DNA from: Candidatus Magasanikiibacteriota bacterium
GTDB taxonomy: Bacteria > Patescibacteriota > Patescibacteriia > Magasanikbacterales > 2-02-FULL-50-9b
Length of the DNA stretch: 32,031 bases
Assembly (NCBI GenBank): GCA_026396555.1
Contig: JAPLWO010000064.1
Location: 1 to 32,031 of the forward strand
Reading direction: 5' to 3'
The notes below the pieces were generated by a model. It saw only the letters and a program-made list of their open reading frames with translations, ran no database searches and was not told where the DNA came from. The position numbers and the translations under genes are program-made. Position 1 is the stretch's first letter. Each line of letters starts with the position of its first letter. Shown here one piece after another: positions 17,817 through 24,271 of this stretch.

Positions 17817-18338
17817 TTAGCCCTTGTGAACAAAATCTGCGCCCGGCTTCCAACCAAGTCCGCACAATTCACCGGTCTGCAAAGCCTCAACTACACGCAA
17901 TGTTTCGTCGATCGAACGCCCCACGTTCAAATCTGATACAACCGTGTAACGCAAAATTCCATCCGGATCAATAATAAAGGTTCCGCGAAGCGCAGCGCCC
18001 GTATCCTCGAGCAATACGCCATATTCGCGGCTCACATGATGTGTCGTGTCAGCGAGCACTGGAAATTTAACTTCTGGTAAATCGCGTTCAAACCATGCGC
18101 CATGTGAAAATGCGCTGTCAGTCGATGCGCCAACAATAACCGCATTTAATTTTGCAAATGCACTTTCTGCAGCAGCGAAACCTTTAATTTCGGTTGGGCA
18201 CACAAATGTAAAATCGCGTGGGTAAAAAAACAACACAACCCACTTACCTTTATAATCTGCGAGTGCAATATGTTTTGTTTCGCCTGCGACGTACGCTTCA
18301 ACATCAAACAATGGGGCTGGAGATCCAACTTGTAACAT
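17817..18338 (-). CDS. Typical 2-Cys peroxiredoxin (AhpC/Tsa family)
   Basis: Peroxidatic Cys in FFYPRDFTFVCPTE and resolving Cys in GELCGLGWKPG; 173 aa. Confidence 0.92.
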   Translation of the reverse strand: MLQVGSPAPLFDVEAYVAGETKHIALADYKGKWVVLFFYPRDFTFVCPTEIKGFAAAESAFAKLNAVIVGASTDSAFSHGAWFERDLPEVKFPVLADTTHHVSREYGVLLEDTGAALRGTFIIDPDGILRYTVVSDLNVGRSIDETLRVVEALQTGELCGLGWKPGADFVHKG

Positions 18339-18349
18339 AGAAATAAATA

Positions 18350-18640
18350 TTAGTTTAAATGTTCGTCGACGTAAAACTGAAACGCGCGTTCAAGTCGCTG
18401 CAAATGGCGCAGCATTTTTTCGTCATCAAAGAAATCATCAGGATCAATACTGATACGCTGTCGCACACGATCTGCAATTGAACGAACGACGAGCACTTCC
18501 CGAACTTGTTTGTAACAATCTTCAAGAAGATCAAGCGGAAAATCGAAGCCGTATACCTGAGAAAGATATGCGGCGATATCTTCAATCTCTGCCTGTGTGT
18601 CTTGCGAGAGCTCTAACATGTTTGGGGATAGTAATGCCAT
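18350..18640 (-). CDS. Hypothetical acidic 96-aa protein between SOD and peroxiredoxin
   Basis: ATG-initiated ORF packed tightly between two confident genes on the same strand. No motif was recognised. Confidence 0.55.
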   Translation of the reverse strand: MALLSPNMLELSQDTQAEIEDIAAYLSQVYGFDFPLDLLEDCYKQVREVLVVRSIADRVRQRISIDPDDFFDDEKMLRHLQRLERAFQFYVDEHLN

Positions 18641-18657
18641 AGATGATGTAAGGAACT

Positions 18658-19260
18658 TTATGCGCGCGAGACTGCAGCGTACAATTCGTTTGCTTTCGTC
18701 CAGTTCAGTTGTTTTAAGAATGCTTCAATATAAGCCTTGCGATCCGAGCCGTAATCGAGAAAATATGCATGTTCATACACATCGAGTACGATAAGTGGAA
18801 TTGCGCCCCACACACCGCCTTGATTATGTGCGTCACAATTAAAAACTTTTAACTGCTGGTCGCGTGTATCAAAGGCAAGTACAGACCAACCGCGTGCAGC
18901 CATGCCGCATGCTGCAAAGTAACCCAAGAAATTTTCAATGCTTCCATGAATCGCCACGAGTGCATCCGCGAGTGCACCTGTAGGCACACCGTCGCCACCT
19001 AAGACATCGAAATACCATTCATGCAAATATACACCGTTCGCTGCAAAAGTTTCGCCATCTTTTAATGCGCGTAATTCTGAATACGACTGGTTTGCTGATG
19101 AAACATCACCACCTGTTTGAAGTGGAATTAATTTTGTTTCGATCTCATTTTTTTTATTAACGTATCCCACATATAATTTATCGTGATGAATCGTCAAAGT
19201 TTTTTCTGAAATGCCGGGAGGCGTTTGTGAAAATGGTAATTGTTTTGGTTGGTAGTTCAT
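18658..19260 (-). CDS. Fe/Mn-family superoxide dismutase (divergent)
   Basis: Ligand-bearing motifs present: IHHDK, YLHEWYF, and DVYEHAYFLDY. I prefer the ATG at 19260 (MNYQPKQLPF). The track start at 19329 is TTG and would run into a terminator hairpin. Confidence 0.85.
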   Translation of the reverse strand: MNYQPKQLPFSQTPPGISEKTLTIHHDKLYVGYVNKKNEIETKLIPLQTGGDVSSANQSYSELRALKDGETFAANGVYLHEWYFDVLGGDGVPTGALADALVAIHGSIENFLGYFAACGMAARGWSVLAFDTRDQQLKVFNCDAHNQGGVWGAIPLIVLDVYEHAYFLDYGSDRKAYIEAFLKQLNWTKANELYAAVSRA

Positions 19261-19268
19261 ACAAAGGT

Positions 19269-19297
19269 AAGATAGCTCACGTTGAGAAGATTTGCAA
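19269..19297 (-). promoter_or_regulatory. Promoter for sod (TTGCAA-17-TATCTT) ending 8 nt before the ATG; predicted leaderless mRNA
   Basis: The minus strand reads TTGCAAatcttctcaacgtgagcTATCTTacctttgtATG. No SD is present. Confidence 0.45.
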
Positions 19298-19327
19298 GCT
19301 GTGGACAACACGACAAGCGTAAGGGAC

Positions 19328-19357
19328 AAAAAAGCGTCTCTTTCGAGACAGCTTTTT
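19328..19357. terminator. Hairpin with flanking A/T runs between bcp and sod
   Basis: The sequence is aaaaaagcgtctc-tttc-gagacagcttttt, which is terminator-like on both strands. Confidence 0.6.
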
Positions 19358-19584
19358 AACTAACTCCGAGACAAATTCTGATCACTTGAACATCAGAACG
19401 CTTCCTCTGTCTCGTCCTCAAAATCCTCGCAAAAGAAGTTTTCCCGCATCAAAATTGAAGCTAAGCGCATAGTTTACATGAGTTAGATGGGTCTATATGG
19501 CGTCACCTTACTCCCCCATCCTCCCCTTGGCAAGGACAGTTTTCCACAGGCTTATGTTCGGTTTTTGTACGGTATTTTTTTAAT

Positions 19585-20052
19585 TTATTTTGAGAGATTT
19601 TTTATATCTTCCAAAACTTCTTCCGCGTGCGCAGCTGGTTTTACTGATTCGTATATTTTTACAATTTTTCCATCCGGATCCACCAAAAAAGATGTTCGCG
19701 CGGTCCCCATATATTCGCGTCCCATGAATTTTTTCTTCCCCCACACACCATACGCATTCACCACTTCTTTTTCTTCATCAGCGAGCAATGTAAATGGAAG
19801 ATCAAATTTATCAACGAACTTTGCATGCGACTTTACCGAGTCAACACTAATACCAAACACGGTGATATTTAATGTTTTGAACTTCGGAAAATTATCTCGC
19901 ATCGAACATGCTTCAACAGTACATCCTGGCGTATCATCCTTTGGATAAAAATACACAAGCACGAAATGACCGCGCTCATCGCTGAGCGAGTGCATCGAAC
20001 CCGTTTGATCAGGCAAAGAAAATGCAGGAGCGCGGTCACCAAGTTTCAACAT
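19585..20052 (-). CDS. bcp: Thiol peroxidase Bcp (peroxiredoxin Q type)
   Basis: Motif FVLVYFYPKDDTPGCTVEAC. I prefer the ATG at 20052 (MLKLGDRAPAF), which lies 1 nt after the DoxX stop. The longer track start at 20094 would overlap DoxX by 41 nt. Confidence 0.88.
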   Translation of the reverse strand: MLKLGDRAPAFSLPDQTGSMHSLSDERGHFVLVYFYPKDDTPGCTVEACSMRDNFPKFKTLNITVFGISVDSVKSHAKFVDKFDLPFTLLADEEKEVVNAYGVWGKKKFMGREYMGTARTSFLVDPDGKIVKIYESVKPAAHAEEVLEDIKNLSK

Positions 20053-20053
20053 A

Positions 20054-20515
20054 TTATTTACATGCGCAGTCACCCTTTCCGCCACAGCATCCACCCTTCA
20101 TTTCTTTATCACCCTTGCCAGTACAAACGCAGCAATGATTGCAGAGTGCGAATCGTCCAGGACCGATCATGCCCATACCGAGTGTTGCAAGCAATAACAG
20201 GAATTCAAATTCATATCCCACAAATCCACGTCCGAGCTTTGCTTTAAAAATTGCAACGAGCATAACAATCGCGAGAACAGGGCCGACAGCTTGCATGTAA
20301 ACGCCGAACAATAATGCAAAGCCGCCCAATGTTTCACAAATTGCCACGAGCCATGCAAAAAATGATGAAAAGCCAAGGCCTGCAAAAAAAGCGATCGTAC
20401 CGTCAATATGTGTTAATTTTTGTACGCCGTGCGTCAAAAAAACCGCTGCAAGGCCGAGACGAATTAAAAGCAATCCCCAATCCGCACATTTACAGAAACC
20501 TTTTGTGTTCAACAT
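20054..20515 (-). CDS. DoxX-family membrane protein with a Cys-rich C-terminal tail
   Basis: Starts at ATG 20515. Four hydrophobic helices and a DoxX-like N-terminus (LLIRLGLAAVFLTHGVQKL). The last 32 residues, FALCNHCCVCTGKGDKEMKGGCCGGKGDCACK, contain 9 Cys. Confidence 0.8.
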   Translation of the reverse strand: MLNTKGFCKCADWGLLLIRLGLAAVFLTHGVQKLTHIDGTIAFFAGLGFSSFFAWLVAICETLGGFALLFGVYMQAVGPVLAIVMLVAIFKAKLGRGFVGYEFEFLLLLATLGMGMIGPGRFALCNHCCVCTGKGDKEMKGGCCGGKGDCACK

Positions 20516-20541
20516 AAGATAATTTAATTAATATGGACAAG

Positions 20542-20550
20542 ATTATAGCA
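20542..20550 (-). promoter_or_regulatory. Extended -10 element TGcTATAAT upstream of DoxX
   Basis: The exact 9-mer TGCTATAAT lies on the minus strand, 26 nt before ATG 20515. Confidence 0.45.
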
Positions 20551-20557
20551 TAAACGA

Positions 20558-21106
20558 CTATCGCCCACCATTGCACGTTGCGGTCGCCCACAAGCCACGA
20601 CCCGCCGCGTGTGCAGCGGTTTGCAATTTCAAAAACTCAACAGGTTTTTCAAATTTGAATTTCGTATACGCACGCGCATAGCCCTCATTAATCATTTCTG
20701 CATTCACTAAAGTTCCGTCTTGCGCATACACATATCGCAGCAAACGATTGTATCTATCTCGATCCGCACTTTTTGCGTCAGATACCAGTCGCACCGGCTG
20801 CCCATTAATAAGCTCGTGTAGCCGCGCACTCGCTTCATGCGCAAAACATTGCACAAGTTTTCGTGGATCAACTGCTTCTGGAGTATCAATGCCAACCATA
20901 CGCACTTTTTCTTCCACCCCATTAACGTCCGCCACAAACGTATCGCCATCAACTGTTCTGGTGACGAGCGAAAACCCAGGAGGTGTTGGAGCTGCTGACG
21001 GAACTTCTGATAATGGCGACGCTTGCACATCAACCAACCTGGTTTTAATCTGACCAGCTGCAATAACTAACAAAATCGCAATCACCCATCTTATTTTTTT
21101 GTTCAT
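20558..21106 (-). CDS. Secreted or membrane-anchored thermonuclease (staphylococcal nuclease, SNase fold)
   Basis: N-terminal signal/anchor MNKKIRWVIAILLVIAAG. Motifs present: VDGDTF, VRMVGIDTPE, RYNRLLRYV, and NAEMINEGYARAY. Confidence 0.88.
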   Translation of the reverse strand: MNKKIRWVIAILLVIAAGQIKTRLVDVQASPLSEVPSAAPTPPGFSLVTRTVDGDTFVADVNGVEEKVRMVGIDTPEAVDPRKLVQCFAHEASARLHELINGQPVRLVSDAKSADRDRYNRLLRYVYAQDGTLVNAEMINEGYARAYTKFKFEKPVEFLKLQTAAHAAGRGLWATATCNGGR

Positions 21107-21152
21107 ACAATAAATTCAGGGAGGATGATTCAAAGTACCACAACAAAAAATT

Positions 21153-21186
21153 TTGTCAAAACAAAAATCCGCCAGTTTTCCACCGA
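21153..21186. terminator. Bidirectional-looking terminator between the coiled-coil gene and the thermonuclease gene
   Basis: The sequence is aaaaatccgcc...ggacggatttttt, an imperfect hairpin with flanking A and T runs. Confidence 0.55.
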
Positions 21187-21202
21187 CGGATTTTTTCCTT
21201 TA

Positions 21203-22756
21203 TTATCGCACAAGACCACCGGGGCCTCCGATATCAAGTGGACGTGATTGAATAGCACGTTTCTCTTGTCGCTTCTTACTTGCTTCCAAAAATGCTAATG
21301 TCTGCGCTTCTGCAGTTTGCGGACCGTATACAACTTCAGGAGCACCTGCAACACGCAAACTTTCAACTTCATTTACCAAATCACGTTCGTCCTGCGCAAG
21401 TTTATTATATTCTGCGACCACCGAATCAATCGCTTTTTCATTATCATTTTTTCCAATTACGAAACTTACAAAGCGACCAAGGCCAGACTTTACAAGTTTG
21501 TATTCATTTTTGAGCGGATCTTTTGTAACGCGTCCACCTGCAATCGCAGCAGTCAAAAACTCATCCTTTGTTTCAAGTTTCTTCATAGTGTTGCGCGTAT
21601 CTGCGAGTTCCGCTGCAGCCGCCGCAAACGGATCCTCAACCGCCACCATATTTGAACGTTCGACGGAACCCTTTGCACCCGCGTTTGCGAATCCTGCGAC
21701 CTTACGAGACCCACTGAAACGTTCTGCGGGAACAAATTTATTTACCAATTCGACTTCGATATCTTTAAGTTCATTAAATCGTTTTACGCCCTGCTGAACG
21801 CTCCACACCTGATTCGGTGTTAACAAATTCTTATTTATCATTTTCAATTTACCCGAATATTCGAAATCAACACATCCTGAAAACTTTGTGAAGAGATCGA
21901 GCTTAATCGCTTCCATTTCTTTCTCATTCCGCTGCTGCTCCGCCTCATATGATTCTGGGCTACGAATCGGCTCCTTTTTTTCTAACTTATCAATTACAAC
22001 ATTTGATGCAAGTTTTTCTGCATCCGTAACTTCCGCAGGAGTCATCCGATGTAATTCATCCGTTGCCTCAAATTGCGCATCCTGTTTAGCAATTCTCTGT
22101 GCGCGCACAAGAGCTTCGTCTGCCTCTGCATTAATTTCTCCTGCAGTCCGAGTAAATGAACCTGGACTTGGCTTATAAGGAGCAAATTGCGGTTTCGGCT
22201 CTTCCATTTTCGGTGCAACTGCAGCAGGCGCGTCAGCTGGTGAAATGTCAGGCATCATCTTTGACAAATCTCTTGTGTGAAGCGCTTCACGAACGTCACT
22301 CGCACGCTGTTCGTCTTGTACGCTATGGAGTTTTGCATCAGCTTTTTCCATTGCTCCTTTTACCGCAACTAATTCATTAGGATCTTTTAGTAAACCTTTT
22401 TCTTGTGCATCTTCTAAAAGAGTGTCGCGTTCACGATAGGTCTGTAATAATTTCTGAAGTGAGTTAATAACATGCGTTCGGTCTGCGGTAATCGCTGCAA
22501 GTAAACCCGCACTTTTTTCATCATCAACTGAACCTAATGAACGCTCTTCTGCAAGTGACGCCTGGTTTTCTTTTACCGTTTCTCCAGTACGATCAATTTC
22601 TTTGAGTAATAATTTTAGCGCGCTTTCGTTAACTGCGAGTTGAGCTTTTAAAAATTTTTCTGGACCGATACTTGATGCAGCCTCCTGTTTTTTCTGAGGC
22701 TTCTCCGACTGCACTGCAGTTGGTTTTTGTAATTTTTCTGCGGCTGAAGATCTCAT
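21203..22756 (-). CDS. Hypothetical coiled-coil-rich protein (517 aa)
   Basis: Long ATG-initiated ORF rich in Lys, Glu and Ala, with no signal peptide and no recognised motif. A TGcTATAAT lies at 22808-22816 upstream. Confidence 0.65.
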   Translation of the reverse strand: MRSSAAEKLQKPTAVQSEKPQKKQEAASSIGPEKFLKAQLAVNESALKLLLKEIDRTGETVKENQASLAEERSLGSVDDEKSAGLLAAITADRTHVINSLQKLLQTYRERDTLLEDAQEKGLLKDPNELVAVKGAMEKADAKLHSVQDEQRASDVREALHTRDLSKMMPDISPADAPAAVAPKMEEPKPQFAPYKPSPGSFTRTAGEINAEADEALVRAQRIAKQDAQFEATDELHRMTPAEVTDAEKLASNVVIDKLEKKEPIRSPESYEAEQQRNEKEMEAIKLDLFTKFSGCVDFEYSGKLKMINKNLLTPNQVWSVQQGVKRFNELKDIEVELVNKFVPAERFSGSRKVAGFANAGAKGSVERSNMVAVEDPFAAAAAELADTRNTMKKLETKDEFLTAAIAGGRVTKDPLKNEYKLVKSGLGRFVSFVIGKNDNEKAIDSVVAEYNKLAQDERDLVNEVESLRVAGAPEVVYGPQTAEAQTLAFLEASKKRQEKRAIQSRPLDIGGPGGLVR

Positions 22757-22843
22757 ACTATGAGTGTTTAGAGGGCGTAATGATCGTATTAAAAATTCTT
22801 ACTAAGAATTATAGCACATCATACCAAAATTTTGTAATCAAGT

Positions 22844-24025
22844 TCATTTCTGGATAACTACAGGAATTTCGATCGAGTCATCATTAGCGACGAGTCCAGA
22901 AGGGTTATCTTTTTTGAGAATCAAGGTACCTTTATTGCTCGACACTGTTGTGTTTGGCATGAAGTTCAAAGTGGCGCTAAAAGGCACAAACTCTTTAGTC
23001 ATCCAATTACTGTCAGCTTTTCCAATTCCTTGTGCAATAATTTTTCCATCCACACCAATAAGAGTTATCGGAAAACTTGCCTCAAAAAACCATGTACCCC
23101 GTGCTTCACCAGAAACAGTGAGCGGACTTGTAATCGTCGCTCCTGGAATGGGCGAGTCTACGTGAATCATGTCAGATGCGTTCCATTCAACACGGGTGAT
23201 CCCGGGAATGCGCAATAAATTTGTCTCAACGAGTGGTTGGCAGCTACACATGGTAATCGATACACCAGCCCACGCATCAACAGGTGGAATATATGCCACA
23301 CCCTTACTCACCGTAATCGGAAGTGACATAAGCGTGGTATGACACATTCCTGTGGTTGCTGCAGCGATGGTCGCAGTTGCACGCTGTGCTACAGTTGGAT
23401 TCATGAGCGCCGTGCTTGTGGTCATTTCAACCGTCAGAGTTTTTTTATAACCTGCACTATCCATGTCTGCGCCATTACAGTATTTTAAGGCGTCGCCATT
23501 TGAGACTACATACGGAATCGTTGAGCCTGTAATTTTAGTCAGTGTTAAACCATTAAGTTTTAAATACATGCGTGCACCGATTGATGGGGAAGCAGTCATC
23601 GGCTCAGCGGGCTTGCGATCAACATAATTTGCAATGATCTCGCCATTAGAAATGGTTATGTTTTGAGGTGTAATGCGATCGCCCAACAAAATTGCATTAG
23701 TGCCGCTTGCAATTCCTGCGGCATTAATTGTAGATGCGACATAATAAAATGTTCCACTGCCACCCGGATTTTGCGTGATAATAACTGCTGCATCCAGCAC
23801 GCCATCGCCGTTCAAATCACCCGCCACTGGTTGACCAAAAATTTTTGTGGTACCGTCAGTTGATTGTCCATTCACTAAAGGAATCTTTGCATTTTCAAAA
23901 GTATATGTCGCATTTAAAGGGCTAAACAAAGCGGGCTGAGCTACGGCAGCTGAAGACGAACATCCGGCGCCTCCGAGCACAAGCAATGCGCTACAGAGTA
24001 CGACGAATTTATATTTTTTTTCCAT
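22844..24025 (-). CDS. Exported (lipoprotein-like) protein with an FG-GAP-like loop and a C-terminal Gmad2 immunoglobulin-like domain
   Basis: Signal sequence MEKKYKFVVLCSALLVLGGAGCSSS, a GDLNGDGVLDAAV (FG-GAP/VCBS-like) loop, and a C-terminal ITSPLTVSGEARGTWFFEASFPITL...FVPFSATLNF resembling Gmad2. Confidence 0.75.
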   Translation of the reverse strand: MEKKYKFVVLCSALLVLGGAGCSSSAAVAQPALFSPLNATYTFENAKIPLVNGQSTDGTTKIFGQPVAGDLNGDGVLDAAVIITQNPGGSGTFYYVASTINAAGIASGTNAILLGDRITPQNITISNGEIIANYVDRKPAEPMTASPSIGARMYLKLNGLTLTKITGSTIPYVVSNGDALKYCNGADMDSAGYKKTLTVEMTTSTALMNPTVAQRATATIAAATTGMCHTTLMSLPITVSKGVAYIPPVDAWAGVSITMCSCQPLVETNLLRIPGITRVEWNASDMIHVDSPIPGATITSPLTVSGEARGTWFFEASFPITLIGVDGKIIAQGIGKADSNWMTKEFVPFSATLNFMPNTTVSSNKGTLILKKDNPSGLVANDDSIEIPVVIQK

Positions 24026-24113
24026 ATACCGTACTATGCGCTAAATATTGAGTAGTGTATATAGAAGAAACTATTCATTACAGTTCAGAAAATTAATCAG
24101 GATCCTCCCAATC

Positions 24114-24142
24114 AAAAAATCCAGCGATCAGCTGGATTTTTT
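24114..24142. terminator. Bidirectional intrinsic terminator after tRNA-Gln
   Basis: The sequence is aaaaaatccagc-gatca-gctggatttttt. Confidence 0.8.
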
Positions 24143-24144
24143 AG

Positions 24145-24218
24145 TGGCTCCGAGACATGGATTCGAACCATGATATACAGCTTCAAAGGCTGCTGTCCTA
24201 CCATTAGACGATCTCGGA
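24145..24218 (-). tRNA. tRNA-Gln (anticodon UUG), CCA encoded
   Basis: Reverse complement: TCCGAGA-TC-GTCT-AATGGTA-GGAC-A-GCAGC-CTTTGAA-GCTGT-ATAT-CATGG-TTCGAAT-CCATG-TCTCGGA-G-CCA. It has a U1-A72 pair, typical of tRNA-Gln; 74 nt. Confidence 0.9.
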
Positions 24219-24228
24219 ATGCGCACGC

Positions 24229-24257
24229 ATTGTGCCAAAAAAATACGACTTTGTCAA
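24229..24257 (-). promoter_or_regulatory. Promoter for tRNA-Gln (TTGACA-17-CACAAT)
   Basis: The minus strand reads TTGACAaagtcgtatttttttggCACAATgcgtgcgcat followed directly by the tRNA 5' end. Only 10 nt separate the -10 from mature position 1. Confidence 0.5.
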
Positions 24258-24271
24258 ACTAATCGCCCGCG

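Noticed and set aside
19261-19329. Lipoprotein-like N-terminal extension of SOD (MSLTLVVLSTAC...)
   Set aside because: The start is TTG inside or adjacent to a terminator hairpin. There is no positively charged n-region, and the lipobox is non-canonical (S at -3). A promoter-like TTGCAA-17-TATCTT lies inside the extension. I keep it only as a low-probability alternative.
19525-19537. 13-nt identity (CCTTGGCAAGGAC) to the anticodon arm of tRNA-Gly(GCC), a possible tRNA pseudogene
   Set aside because: The flanks do not form an anticodon stem, D arm, T arm or acceptor stem on either strand. The shared core is itself palindromic. My rough estimate for a chance match in a window of this size is on the order of 0.1.
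19487-19948. 153-aa ORF on the + strand overlapping bcp
   Set aside because: It is antisense to a confidently recognised peroxiredoxin (FYPKDDTPGCT). It has low-complexity Phe/Ser-rich translation and no start context.
21119-21247. GGGAGG followed immediately by ATG and a 40-codon ORF on the + strand
   Set aside because: There is zero spacing between the SD-like motif and the ATG. The ORF runs through a terminator hairpin and into the antisense 3' end of the coiled-coil gene.
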